Assembly (NCBI GenBank): GCA_032718475.1
Contig: JAUCBJ010001787.1
Location: forward strand, 1-40,372
DNA: 40,372 nt
Direction of reading: 5' to 3'
DNA from: Nemertoderma westbladi
Taxonomy: Eukaryota > Animalia > Xenacoelomorpha
Below are positions 1-13,100 of the stretch, piece by piece (the first letter of the stretch is position 1; each line of letters begins with the position of its first letter). Below the pieces are notes generated by a model that saw only the letters and a program-made list of their open reading frames with translations, ran no database searches and was not told where the DNA came from. Position numbers and translations under genes: made by a program.

Positions 1-2
1 AT

Positions 3-1695
3 CCCAGTTAAACATGAACTTATGTTTCATATGTGGTATATATATGTTGTATGGAATAGGTGTGTCAGGAAATTGGGTTTTTATGCTCATGTATGAATAA
101 TACATGTCACGCATGCGGTGCTACATACACTTAGAATGTGTGTATCGCCATTTATGGTATTTATATGTTGCACATATGAATTTATCATAAATAAATGTGT
201 GAGAATGCGCATGTGAATAATATATGTCGAGCATATGTGAAATAGCCATAGCCAAAGACTCGGAGTTAAATTTAAATCCATAAACTATTCAATTCGTAAT
301 TGAGTAATCCAGTTCATGTGTTGCACACATGTTTGCCTTATGGTACTACAGGCCTTACAGTAATGCATGTACAGAAAAGAATAGCGAGGGGGGATGCGGA
401 ATTTGTTGATGTCACTCACTACACAGCTTTTTGCATTAAGAACAAATATCGTTTCAATCAGCAGTATAATACGTTGAATCTATATTTTTTGTTATACTCT
501 ATTTTCAAAGTACCGGCTATTTACAATATAATGTATAATCAATACATAGGCCTGCTATATGGTTTAAATGATCTGTGAAGGCTGTATGGACACTAAATTG
601 AAGTAACCATAGTCGATCGTCCAATTGTTTTGTTTATTGCATTTGAGGGCCGGTGGTGGGACACATTCTTAAAATGATAGGCATTTCATAGTCTGATCCT
701 GCAATCTTTCTTCTTAACCACGTCGTGTCGCTTGCAGTTTAGCTAGTGAATCGCAAATTATTTTATATTTTACCCATAACAGCATAATGCGTTGCATAAG
801 CCTACCGCTTATCATAGGCAACTCAATGTTCAGTGATGCAGTGTGTGACTTGCCTGCTTTCTGCCTTGCACTATGCACATTGTGCTGTGCATGTGCATTG
901 TACACTTGTACAGTGCTGTATTAATAGAATTAGACAAACATATGTATGGCTGTATGGTGGTTTTCACTTGTCAGGTTGCTTGGTTGTGCATTGTCATCTG
1001 CGCTGCTAGGTATCAGTCAGGGACAGACAGACAGATAACATACATGCACTATACCATCCGTAAGGTAAGCAGGCCTATTGCAGTTCTTATCCCGTTAAAA
1101 AATTGAACATATGTTTCATATGTGGTAAATATATGTTGTATGGAAAAGATGTCTTAAAATTAGATATAAAATATCATATAAGCAATTATATGACCTTAGA
1201 ATTAATTAATTTTCGAAGATTTATCAAAATGAATAATCTATTATAGCTGGAAATTAGATAACTTAATTAAATCTAACTAATAGATTACGAATTTACGGAT
1301 CATCACCAAAATCTATTAAGGATACTCTCATATCACTATGGATTAAATATTTTCATATATACTCCGATGCTTCCTTCTCTAAATGTATAGGGTAGGTGTA
1401 GGGCCGTAGGATAGGATGTAGGGATTGGATAGGATAAGGTACTGAGGTAGGCTACCCCCCCCCCCCCGCCCCACCTCTCTATAGGAAATGCAGACCCACA
1501 CCAGTGATTGGTCGGTCTCAGTTTAAATTTTTACTCTTTTTGTCGCACTTGTCACATAAAAAACATATGTGTATCACATGTGAACATTCCACATATGGAT
1601 CACATTTGACAACACTGTAACATTTACATATATGTATCACATGTCGAATTATTTATGGCAACCATATATGAAACACATACTCATGTTTAACTGGG
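3..1695. mobile_element. Non-autonomous DNA transposon with CCCAG...CTGGG termini (animal EnSpm/CACTA-like)
   Basis: CCCAGTTAAACATGA (3-17) is the exact reverse complement of 1681-1695, extending imperfectly to ~35 bp. AT lies on both flanks (1-2, 1696-1697). Subterminal regions are rich in CATATG/CACATG. An internal copy of the left subterminal sequence is at ~1104-1147. No transposase ORF. Confidence 0.75.
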
Positions 1696-1697
1696 AT

Positions 1698-3797
1698 TAG
1701 CTTTAGTAGGGCTAGCATATAGGGACGCTGTCCTGGCCATTCAGCAGCCAGAGACGTGAACCATTACCATATATGGTAATAATTCGAGGAAAGGGAGCAA
1801 ATAGGGCTACAATCCGGCCTCCTTATTGGACTAGCTGCTTCCAGGTTGGTCTAGTGCTAGCACGGACTGGAGAGCCAATAAGAGAGCGATTGAGTCACCC
1901 TATTGCATCATCCCACCCGGATCACCTATAAATTGGCGGTGTGCCGGTAGAGCCTATCATCAATCTGTCACATGATACACCCCTGTTACAATTTACTTGC
2001 TGAGCTGTCTCTAATTTTGTATTTTTCTGCAATTTGCTAATTTTGATTAATTTCTTGGAATGATTTGCTAGTGCGATTACTTTACTTGTGTTTCTCAATA
2101 ATTCCTTCGATTACTGCAAATTACAATCGAACTATGATTTCTACCTTTGATTGATGGTTCTATGTGATTCTTTTCTGTGCAATAATCCCAAGGGATTCCT
2201 GAGACTGTCAGACTTTATGATTTGCATGCGCCGCTACGGTAGCTATTAGCGTAATGGAGGGCTAAGGTGCCAGTGGGCGGTGGGCGCATCGGGGGTTGGG
2301 CGACTAGGAGAGAGCGGAGGATTCAAAGCGGGCAACGCTGGCTAGGGTCACCGTTGCGGGCGGGTAACTTGCACTGCGGCACGCAGACCGATCGCCGGTA
2401 CAGCAATTAGGGGGCTGATGATCCAGGTTTTGTCTCTATTTAGTATTAGGGGGCAGGAATTGGGTTAGTTAGGAATCCTAGATGTACCCGGGAGAGGCCT
2501 GCGCGTATTACAACGTTGAGTGTGGAGTACGAGTAGTGAATTGCACAATTGTAAACTGTGATTTCTAACGCTGATTGGTGTGTTATTGAAGTGTGCCTAA
2601 GATTACGAATGCTTAGATAGGCGCTCTTTTCCTTTGATTGATTTCTATTTCTTAGTTACAATAATTAGTTATTGATTAGGTCAAAGTAATACGGCAAATT
2701 AGGCTATTACTAGCGAAACCTGTTGCGTGATAAATTAGAATTACGTATTCTGGAACTCTTAGTAATTAGTACGCTGTTAAATATTTGTGACTGTAATTAA
2801 TTAGTAAAAAATTAAGAATTAGTACGCAGCATAGCGGAGAGTAGCTAAGGTAATAATTAGTGTACTGTAAACTATTCACGCTGAGCGGTTATTTGCATTA
2901 GCGGGCAATCAGCTAGAACGCACTATTCGGTACGCACGATACGCTAGTAATTTTGCTGGCCTAAAGCCAGTCGCGGGCAGTTTTAGACCCGGGGTGGTAT
3001 TATCCACGTAGAAACAGATACTGTACCATTTTGATATTTTAAATATTCTCGCATTCACACATTACGTTAGGGAACCTCCAGTATTCGCGATTAGAAAGAC
3101 GTAGGTAATAGCGTGCTTTAATAGTGATAAAATTAGGCGTAAGAATACTCTGAGTGCAAGGCCTCTCGCACTCGTCTTAAGTAAGCTTAGGGAGCCGACT
3201 CGGGTTTATTGTTTTGGTTATTCCCGCGTGGCTCATAGATTCGAACAGTTAGCTCTCTATCGAGCGATCGGTAGAGAAAGGAACAAGCGATTTTGCAGGA
3301 GTAGTGTAAAATTAGTAAAATATATTAGTGGACGGCAGATTAGCGCCATCTAACGGTAAGTAGCGGTTTTGTATTTAGCAACCCTTACAATTTAGTAATA
3401 GCACGCTCCTGATCCCCTTTACTTAACAGTAGAGCAGTCTTTGTGTCTTATTGGTTAGACGAGAACTTATTAGGTTGGCAGAAGGATATTAACGGGTATT
3501 GGTCTGTTCAACAGTTCTGCTGTTAGTATAGAGGTCGCGGTTGTTTATCACCACGTGAGTATCATTCTATTTCAGAACGTTAATTGTTACCTTTAAAGGG
3601 GCAGAAAATTGTTGCGCTTAAAAACTTTAGTGAAGTGCTGGGAAATGTTCCAGAAATATCTGAGAAGGAACGTAAGTACTTTGGAACTTTGAATGTCCCT
3701 GAGTGTAGAGTTAATTATAGGAGTGTAGCCATGTTAATAGGGCTTGATATTTTGTTTTGACGCACACCAAGTATGAGAGACCAGGCCACATCCACCC
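1698..3797 (+). pseudogene. Putative heavily decayed gag/protease region of BEL/Pao element B
   Basis: Lies directly upstream of B pol. Hand translation gives PLLNSRA (3416-3436, cf. ALLDSGS in A), KIVALKNF...VAMLIGLD (~3605-3750, cf. KMVAIKNF...VQILIG in A) and RVYCFGYSRVAH (~3201-3236, zinc-knuckle-like). No long ORF remains. Confidence 0.5.
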
Positions 3798-4079
3798 TTG
3801 CCAGGTATGCGATACGCATTACGAAGCGTGCTTGGATGGTATACTAGATCGCCAAAGAATTTCATTGATGGTACAGGTAGGGTGCAGCATAAACTGTCTG
3901 AATGTAAGTTGAATCAAGTTACCTCAATGGTACCAGATATAAATGTAAGTTACAATAAGCTAGAACAGAGTCCACGTACGTTATTGGCCTGCGCAAATGG
4001 AAATCTATCTTATTCATGTGAGTCAGATGAGGATCCTCTGGAAGACGAATGGGAGTCTGCTTCAGAAGAAGATGGAGCG
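3798..4079 (+). pseudogene. BEL/Pao element B polyprotein, post-protease segment, cut by insertion of element A
   Basis: YALRSVLGWY matches YAGRTRVGWY of A. Removing A and one GAGCG copy gives an in-frame join EEDGA|SLFRDEACAYTFLSEVHRFTELRSSAPRIK into the ORF at 18991. Confidence 0.85.
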
Positions 4080-5257
4080 TGTAAAAGCTTTTGCGGATGT
4101 AACAAGCTATTTTTCTCCGCAATATACCGAGTAGGTATTTTAGCGGACATAACAAGCGATTTTGCCCGCTATGACTGCATGTGTGCTTTAGCGAACATAA
4201 AAAGCCATTTTTCTCCGCAATAAGCTCAAATACTCTAAACATCAGAACTCAGATGACGACATCTATCAGCTGTGTCCACGTGTAACTTTTTCTTTGTTCT
4301 TTGTTCGTTCTTTGTTCGGTCAACCAATCAGAGCGGTTTTCACTCTGTGTTGGACATTGTATACAGAAACTCACGCAATTCAGTCAGGGTGTATTTTTCC
4401 TAAGCCTAGAACACCGGCTGTGGAATTATTCTGTGTTTCAGACTTTAGCCAAACATTAGTAGGCTTTGAACATAGAAACATATAACTGTTATCACAGTAC
4501 ATCACGATATAACTCAATGCATTAAGACCTTTCACCGCATTATTTTACTGCTATTTGCTGTCGGTTATTAATTGTATCAGTTGATTGAATATTGTTATAT
4601 TTGGAGAATATCGATAAATAATCAGAAAACCCCAATCTTGTTGATATACTGAAGGTTAGAGAGACCGGTTACATATAACAATTGCGACTGACATTAAAGA
4701 GGTTTTGGAGTGAATCTAATGCTATTTCATAGGCCCTACAAGCCTACATGTATCAGTTGCTGTTCTCTTTATATGTGACTAAAATTAGTGAAGGTTGGCA
4801 GATCGGTGTGCAGCATTGTGCGGTAGTGTGCATGAGTGTGATAGATAACAGCTAGCCAACACATTGTTACTATAGATAACAAAGCATCTCCTAAAGAATG
4901 CGCTTTATACGTGAATCATTAGCCATCCCGTTGTGTCTAGTGTAAGTCATAACTCTGTTTACATATTTAGAGCGCCACGTCCTAAAGGAACTGTTAATAT
5001 TACCCGAAAGTGAATAATATTTGTCAGAGATTATATATTAGTGATCAATCGAATAATACAGTAGGCCTACAACGCAATAAGGTCAGAGCTTCCGAATCCA
5101 GTCTCCCGGGTATATCCAGCGGGTGAATGGTCGCGCATAGGCTGGCTTCTGCTAATGTAGTGTATCAAATACTTGTCATAGGCTAAAGTCGATTTATAAC
5201 CAAAAAAGACACTTAAATTTGGCAGGTTAAACTGCTAAAGGTCTAAAAGCGCGAACA
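4080..5257 (+). repeat. 5' LTR of element A (1178 bp)
   Basis: Direct repeat of 17784-18922; about 15 substitutions plus 8-bp and 31-bp indels counted by eye. Three ~49-bp repeats at its start (~4089-4222). Confidence 0.97.
4324..4385 (+). promoter_or_regulatory. Candidate LTR promoter (CCAAT, TATA-like TATACAGAAA, Inr TCAGTC)
   Basis: CCAAT at 4324, TATACAGAAA at 4360 and TCAGTC at 4380; the same motifs are in the 3' LTR. Motif match only. Confidence 0.4.
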
Positions 5258-6777
5258 ATAACAGTTATTGGTTCTTTATTGCAACGTAGGCAATAAAGCT
5301 GAAGTACCGGTCGACCGGTAACAAGTAGGCCTAACTACCTAACCACCCGAACCGGTACTTACAGCAGTACAGGTACACCAGTATTATTTCGATTGTGATA
5401 TATTGTATATTGTAGGCTGTTAGGGGATTAGGGATTGATCACCCCTTATTCCTTTGTATGGTTTACTTATTTCTGTCAGTTTTATTTATTTGTAGGTTAA
5501 TATTGAGCAGAAGACGTGTAAGCCTGCTCAGATTGTACAGGTAATTTGTAGGCTGGACTGTTGTCTGACTGTTGTTAAGTCTGAAGAGATTGCAGTGTGT
5601 GTAGAGTGTATGTCCGATAAAGTACTAGTTAGGAACGTGGTTGGCTTCCAGAGCAGTAAGGTAAATCCCCCCGAAAGAATAAGTCGTACTACTCGGTTAG
5701 AACGCATACTAACTAACCATTTCGGAGACTGCATATACTGTAGTTTATTTAGGCTTGATAGTAGTCTGCCAGCGTTTGGTCTGTATTTTGTTTGTGTAGT
5801 CTGTAAGGGTAGCGTAATATTTATTATTCAGAGTTTATGTGATTATTCGCAACATTCATACCCCCAAGTTTATTCCTACAGTAATTGTGCTTGTTATATA
5901 TACCGTTATAGTTAAACTAACCCCGGTACTACATCAGGGCTGCTCGGCGTAGGTAAAGACTGGAGATTTTATGCTTTGGTCACTCCGGCAGATACCGTGG
6001 TTCTTTTAGCTGTACAAGTATTTTTAACTACTGATTATTTGTTGTATAAGTACTTGTACCTAATTTAGGGTTTAGCGTACAGTGCTTTCCGAAGGTAATT
6101 AGTGTGTAGCCAGTATATTTGTGTTGTAAAGTGGTTAATAGGCACATTGGTTCTGGTAGACCGCGGTGATTAACTTCTAGGTGGGAAAACTCCGTGATAC
6201 ATAACGTAGTACTTATAGCGCCATTGCTATAAGTCGTCAGACGGTGGTATTTTTCCTATCTGGACAACGCAGTATATTTACTACTGCTTTATTATTTTCA
6301 AATACCATAGTATCCTGTCCGTTTGTAATAACCAGATATTCTAACCCTTTATTAGGCTGGTTTGTAGACTTCTTGTAAAATTACCCTAAAAATTCGTACG
6401 TGTAATTTTTGTGTTTATTTAGAGATTGTAATCTCACCCCGCAATTGTGCGTAATTTGTAGTAATAAGTAACTTAGGCAAGTAGAATTATTTGTTTTAGT
6501 GTCCAACAAGTAGCACTTCACTGAGAGCGTACCGCTTCTGTGCAGTGACTCTTTCCCAGAAATAATAACATTTATTTCAAATATTGACAAAAAGCCATTA
6601 AATGGGTATATATATTATAAATCAACTCAAACCGATTTATAAAATAGTAGGCCTGTCATACAACAATTAGGTCTTAATATCAGTTGGACTACTGCTTAAA
6701 TAACGGTAATAGAGTAAAGTAAAGTAACCAAGTAACCCCTAAAATTCAGAAATTCAATTATTCTAAAATAATTGACA

Positions 6778-7025
6778 TACCGGTATTCACGATAGGCTTA
6801 TTATATATTTCTATATATTTGTGCTGAAATTATATACCGGTATTCTGTAATTAATTCTAGTCTATAATTATACTTATATACACTATAAGTGTAAGCTATA
6901 TACCGGTATTCACGATAGGCTTATTATATATTTCTATATATTTGTGCTGAAATTAAATACCGGTATTATGTGACAAACCTAGCCTGTAATATTACTTACA
7001 TAGACTATAAGTATATACCGGTACT
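6778..7025. repeat. 123-bp tandem duplication in the 5' leader of A, with repeated TACCGGTA palindromes
   Basis: TACCGGTATTCACGATAGGCTTATTATATATTTCTATATATTTGTGCTGAAATTA at 6778 and 6901. Confidence 0.85.
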
Positions 7026-7161
7026 CTAATATATTGTATATATATCGCGTTACACTGAGTAACGATATCGGTAATTAATTACTAGGCTAACAGTTGATAC
7101 TGAATTACTAGACTTGCTTTAACTGTAATATAGCAGTAGGCATTCAACTGTATAAACAAAT

Positions 7162-10100
7162 ATGTCTGACACAAAGCAAAACCTGTCAGACAGTCTCCTA
7201 GATACAACCATCTGTGACCCAGACAGGAGTGTGGAACGTGTGAAACCGAAGTTCAACTCACCTCATACTGTGAGAAAGATCATCCCTCCAGTAGTAGTAT
7301 CAGACCCTAGGCTAGTCCAACACTGTAGGTCTATCATAGGCACTCGGGCTTAAGTCAAGCGGGACCAAGAAGCAGCTGTTAAACAGCAGCAACACTCGAG
7401 CCGAGAACTTAGTTTTCAGGGGCCCGATAGCTCCAGTAGTGCTGATACTGTAGAGCTGACACCCGAGTGCGGAACAAAGATGGCAGATACGGTTTATTCG
7501 GATCCCCTTCTTATTCTTCCTGCAGCCGTACTCACTAGGGTATTGATTGCGGTGGAAGAACACCAGATTGATTGGGCGAGAAGTATGCGATCGACCAAGG
7601 ACAGTTATGCGGGATACACAAAGGAGGAACTGAAGTCTATTGTCGAGTCGCAATGGAACTTCCCCGGACCCGGACTCCCGTTTGACTTATCGGAAGCTGC
7701 CTGGGAAGACATACACAGGATGGGAGTGACGAAAGACACTAGGGATCCAGCTGTGTGGAAGAGGTCGGCAGCAGGATATGTACAGGGATTCTTCAGCTCT
7801 TTAGAGCGATTAGAAGTACAACTGTTTCGACAACCCCAAGGACCTCAAGAGCAGGGAGAGCTGCTTTATCAAGTTAGAGAAAGAATTCTAAGAATCAGAC
7901 TAATCCTATCGGCCTTTGAGGAAGCTTCGAAAAGAAGACAAGACACGTCGTTGCAAGTTGCCTTAAAGACTTGGTTCCAGCGGGTGAGTTTCAAGGTTCA
8001 AGGAACGGCCCAGTGGAAATCTCAGCTGGCTGAGCGCTCAACCCATGGAGAATCAACAGACGCTACCTTTTCCCAAGTGGAAAGTGAAGCAACAGCCGAG
8101 AAACCGCATAAGAGGGATGCTATTGACATCTATCTGTCAGACTATCAACGATTTCTAGGTGATGAAGAGTTGAGGAGAAGGCTGGCTGGACTTCGTCCTA
8201 ATAGCGAAGGAACCAAGCTTGTGTTGGATGCAATAGATGTGGAAATGTTAGCTGCGAACCAAGCTAAATTTGATGAAAGACTCCACATCGCTAGGGTCCA
8301 AGAAGAACAGGTAAAGAAAAAACGTATAGAAGACAGAAAGACAGCAGCAGCGGCAGCGGCAGTGGCAGCGGCAGAAGCGGAAAGAAAAGCGGCAGTGGCA
8401 GCGGCCGAAGCGGAAAGAAAAGCAGCAGCGGCAGCGGCAGTGGCAGCGGCAGAAGCGGAAAGAAAGGCGGCAGTGGCAGCGGCAGAAGCGGAAAGAAAGG
8501 CAGCAGTGGCAGTGGCCGAGGCAGAAAGAAAAGCGGCAGTGGCAGTGGCAGAGGCAGTGGCAGAAGCAGAATTGAGAGCGTCTGAAGAGACCACCCAACT
8601 AGAGTTGGAAAATATTCAAGCGAATCAAGACTGCATAAATAAACATTTAACAGCTAGTCAAATGCAGATGATGAGTCGATCTACTCCCAAAAGACAGGGA
8701 TATACATCATCTGATGAAGGCGATACCAGCGATCTTGAAGGCGGAGGAAATAGATCTCGTCTAAGTAGACGTAGAAGAATGTCCCACCGTCAGAAATTGC
8801 CTGATTTGCCCCCAGCTGTTAGAAGGCAACTAGCTAGCACAGACTTAGGTAGTACAGAACCCACAGACCAAATAATTAAAATAGAAAGACTCCCTACTAT
8901 AGTAGATGAGCCTGAAATAATTAGGCCTGTTCTCGAAGCCACCCCTTCGGTGATAGAGACACCTGTACTCCCATAACCTATCTCTAAATTCCCTTTGCAC
9001 AGTACTAAACTACCTGTGCCCAGTAGGACTGTTCCCGAGTCCGAACCCGTCCTGGACACCGAGCGAGATATCAAGAACTTATCGCCCGTCGTCTCTCGCT
9101 CGCCCGCTACTACGTTGGCGACTCCCGCTTCGGCGGTCGAGTGGGTAGCTGAGGGACGACGGGAGATGGGTCTCCTGCTCGGGCAGCTGAGGGAACACCG
9201 TAAGTGCTCCTCTCAGCAGGTCCGGGAGATGGAAGGAACTGTTCAGCAGTTCAAGGGCACAGTAAGGGAAAGTAGGTTAGAGTTGCAAGAGGTGCAGGAG
9301 AGTATCGCATTAGAACGCGATAAATTAGTAAATACCCAAAGGGGTATACCACCAACCCCGGTAACAATGTGTCAACCTGTTAGGTCTGAAGTATTTCATG
9401 CGCAAGGTGTGGAGCCTACACGCATCTATACTGCTAGTGAAGTGGAAACTCCTATAGTAAACCCTATTAAGGGTAATTATAAACCTGTTGACAATGATAT
9501 TCCATATAGACTTGATAATAATCCGAGAAATTTATATACCGATAACTCGATATTAAATAATACGATGGCCCAAGAAAGTTTTACGCGTCAAATGGCTAGA
9601 ACCGAAGCCCGTCAAGCGGTAAAGGTGGGAGAGATCATCAAGTTCAATGGAGATGAGATGAAATGGTTACCTTTTAATGAATATTACAAAGATAACATAC
9701 AGAACTCTGTGCTATCTAACGGAGAGAAACCTCATCGAGTGCTTGGAAGGATCTCCCAAGTTAATGGCATTAAAGTTTATTGGACATCCAGATGGATTAA
9801 GACAAGTTTGGGATACCCTAAACATCAGGTATGGTAATAGGAATAACATAGCTAGGTATTTGTATGCAAAATTGGTAGCTCCCCGAAAGTTCATTAGCAG
9901 TGGGATTATAGAGTTTTCCGATGAGATTCAGGAAATCTGTGGACAATTAGATTGGCTAGGTAAGTCTCATGAATATCAGAGTTCTATGGTTATTGGAGCC
10001 GTGGCCTCTACTTTACCGAAGGGTGGAGTAGGTACACGCTGGGATAAGAAAGTGTTATATATGATGGAACAACAACGACGAGACCCTACCATGGCTGATC

Positions 10101-13100
10101 TCATGTCATTCTTAGATGGAGAAGTAAAATTACAGCTCCTAAAGCAGTCCAGAGAGAAGACACCGGAAAATAAGGTAAGTGAGAAACCCGTTTCTAGGAG
10201 AAAGGTAACACCAGTGTGTTATACCGACGACGGCGAAAGCCAGGCTTCTCAAGAAGAAGACAGCGGGAAAGACACTGAAAGATCTTATTATGTCAACAAA
10301 ACGCCTAAAGACGTAAGTAAATTCAAGTCTCGAACCAATGACAGGAGAGAACAGGTAAGAAAAACTCCTCCTACGTCTCCTAAGAGAATTCATGTAAGAA
10401 AGCCCGAAGAAAGAACGAGTGTGCACAACGTTACTCAAAATAAGGTAAGCAACATCAAACCGAAATGTGCGCTGTGCGACGGGCCCCACCGTTTAAGTGT
10501 GTGTGATGAATTTCTCAAGAAATCACTCAAGGATAGGCGTGAAGTCATGTGGGATAAGCGGTTGTGTTATAATTGCCTCAGACAAGGACACCAACGGCGA
10601 ACCTGTTACTCCGACACAAGGTGTGCAAAATGCGGTGCGAAACATCGTATCTTGTTACACATTGAATTTGAAAGAAACAGCCCGAGTCAGGTAAGTGAGT
10701 CCGAACTACATGTCCAATTCAGTGATGTGAACGACACTGACCAAAGTTCTGAGATGGAAGGATTCTATACTGATGAATTCTCCGACGAGAACGAATCCTG
10801 CTACCTAATAAATACCGCAGTGTATCGAGCACTTACGTATGAGAAGGAAACCGACAGGGAGGTCCTCCCCCCAACTGCTCCTGACCGACAACTATCTTGG
10901 AAAGCACCAACTTCCAATGTAGGAATCAAAGAATTTCCCGTAGTGCAGTTGAGAGTCCACAGGCCTAATAAGAGCTATATCGTAAACGCCCTCCTTGACT
11001 CCGGCAGCACAGGAACATTTATTGACAAAGAGCTAGCCGAGGACATCTTTGCTGGACAACCCAAGTTCCGAACTAAGTTAAACATGTCTGGAATTATGCA
11101 GGTTTGGAAATCTACAGTAATCGCAGATTATTATGTAGGTGCGTTGTCCACTCCCCAGGATGAACTAGGAGAACACAGTATAAGGTCAGTAAAAATGGTG
11201 GCGATAAAGAACTTCGCTACCAGCCAAGTGGAACCTTATAACTGGGATGAGGACGAGTTCACCCAGCAGCATAGGATACCTAGATTTAACACCGACTACC
11301 CTGGAGTGCAAATACTCATCGGCTAAAATGCGCATGAGGTGCTTGAGACATTGGAGAAACGGCCTACTCGACCGCAACCACTACAAACCTATGCGGGAAG
11401 AACTAGAGTAGGTTGGTACTTTACTGGCCCTTCCCGTAGAACCCTGATGGAAAGGTTACCACAAGAACAGGTATACCAGGTAAGTGAATGGGAAGAGGAG
11501 AACAGTGAGGTAGACGAACCAACTGAGGGAACACCATACTCCTCAGATAATGATGACATCCATCAGCTCTTTGAAGAGGAGAAGACCATCGACCTCCTTA
11601 CGGAAAACGAAACTTGGCAAAACCAAGTGAATCTATGTCATCTCATTCATCCAGATGAACCAGTGTATAACGACGAACTTAATGAAGTGATAGATCGCTA
11701 TAACGCGAAAACTCGAGATGAACACGCCGTACGATTCTTCACTCAAGAGGCTGTAGAGCCCAATTCCTACGATAAGGCCCTATCTGTAGAAGAAGAAAGA
11801 GCTAAGCAGATCCAGGAGACAACTACACGTTTTCTCAAAGATCAAGGCAGATACGAAATTGGTCTGCCATTTAGAAAGAGAGAACCTAAATTCATAAACA
11901 ACCGACTCTTGGCGGAGAAAAGAATTGCGCAACTACATCGACGCCTTACGGCAAATACTTCTGCTAAGGAAATGTACCAGGCTCAATTGGAAAAATTTAT
12001 TAGCAAGGGATATGCGGAGAGAGTACCTGATGGAACACCCACAACTGAGAGAACGTACTATCTAACACATCATTACGTTCCCAAACCCGGTAAACCCAAT
12101 GAAGTCCGGGTAGTATTTGACGGCTCCGCCCTCTACATGGGCCAATCCCTTAATTCCGAGTTGTTGCCAGGACCCAACTTACTCCAATCCTTGTTGGGAA
12201 TACTCCTAAGATTACGACAATATTCCATCGCTTTCGCCTCCGATATAGAAGGCATGTTCTTACAAGTTAAGGCGCTGGATAGGGATCGAGACAGCCTACG
12301 ATTTCTGTGGTGGCCGGAAGGGGACCTCAACCAGAAACTGGTTTAGTACTGGATGACCATCCAGGCTTTTGGGATCATCTCAAGCCCTTCAAACGCCTGC
12401 TCAGTAGTGCGCACCACTGCTGATGACAACCGGGACGCCTTCTCTAAAGAGGTGATCGACAACATCAAACGGGATATATACATGGACGACAATTTAAAGT
12501 CCCTCCCATCGGTAGAAGAAGCCATTGATGTCGCCAAAGGAACGGTAGAGTGCTTGAAAAGAGGTGGATTTCGATTAACTAAATTCACCAGCAACTCCCG
12601 TGAGTTTCTGGAATCGATCCCCATAGAAGAACGAGGGGTTAAAGATCTAGATCTAATCAAAGACGATCTTCCAGAAACCAAGACGCTTGGTTTGAAATGT
12701 GACACGGAGAGAGATATCCTGTTTTTCCAGCTAAAACAGTGAGATAATCCAGTTCGGACTAAACGGATTTGTCTAAGTATCCTGAGCACTTATTTCGATC
12801 CATTGGGATTTATTAGCCCTGTTATATTGATTGCTCGGAGTTTAGTACAACAAATGTGGCTTGAAAACCACTCATGGGACGATCCACTTAAGGGATAACT
12901 ATTAAAGAAGTGGATGAAATGGGAAGATTCTCTACCAGCCATCGAGAACTTTATAATTTCCCGTTCATATTTTGGTCATGTTCTCCCTACGTATTCCTAT
13001 CAACTCATGTGTTTGGAGACGCCAGCGATATGGGAATAGGTATAGTAGCCTACCTGAGAGTTGAAACTCCGGATGGAATCAAGGTCGCCTTGGTTACCTC

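Noticed and set aside
3919-4485. Short ORFs repeated at 17752-18189
   Set aside because: Present twice only because they lie in the LTRs; no protein features.
8145-8598. Antisense Ala-rich and Cys-rich ORFs
   Set aside because: Shadows of the Gag coding repeat.
8974-8976. Programmed stop readthrough in gag-pol
   Set aside because: One of eight scattered stops; decay is the simpler explanation.
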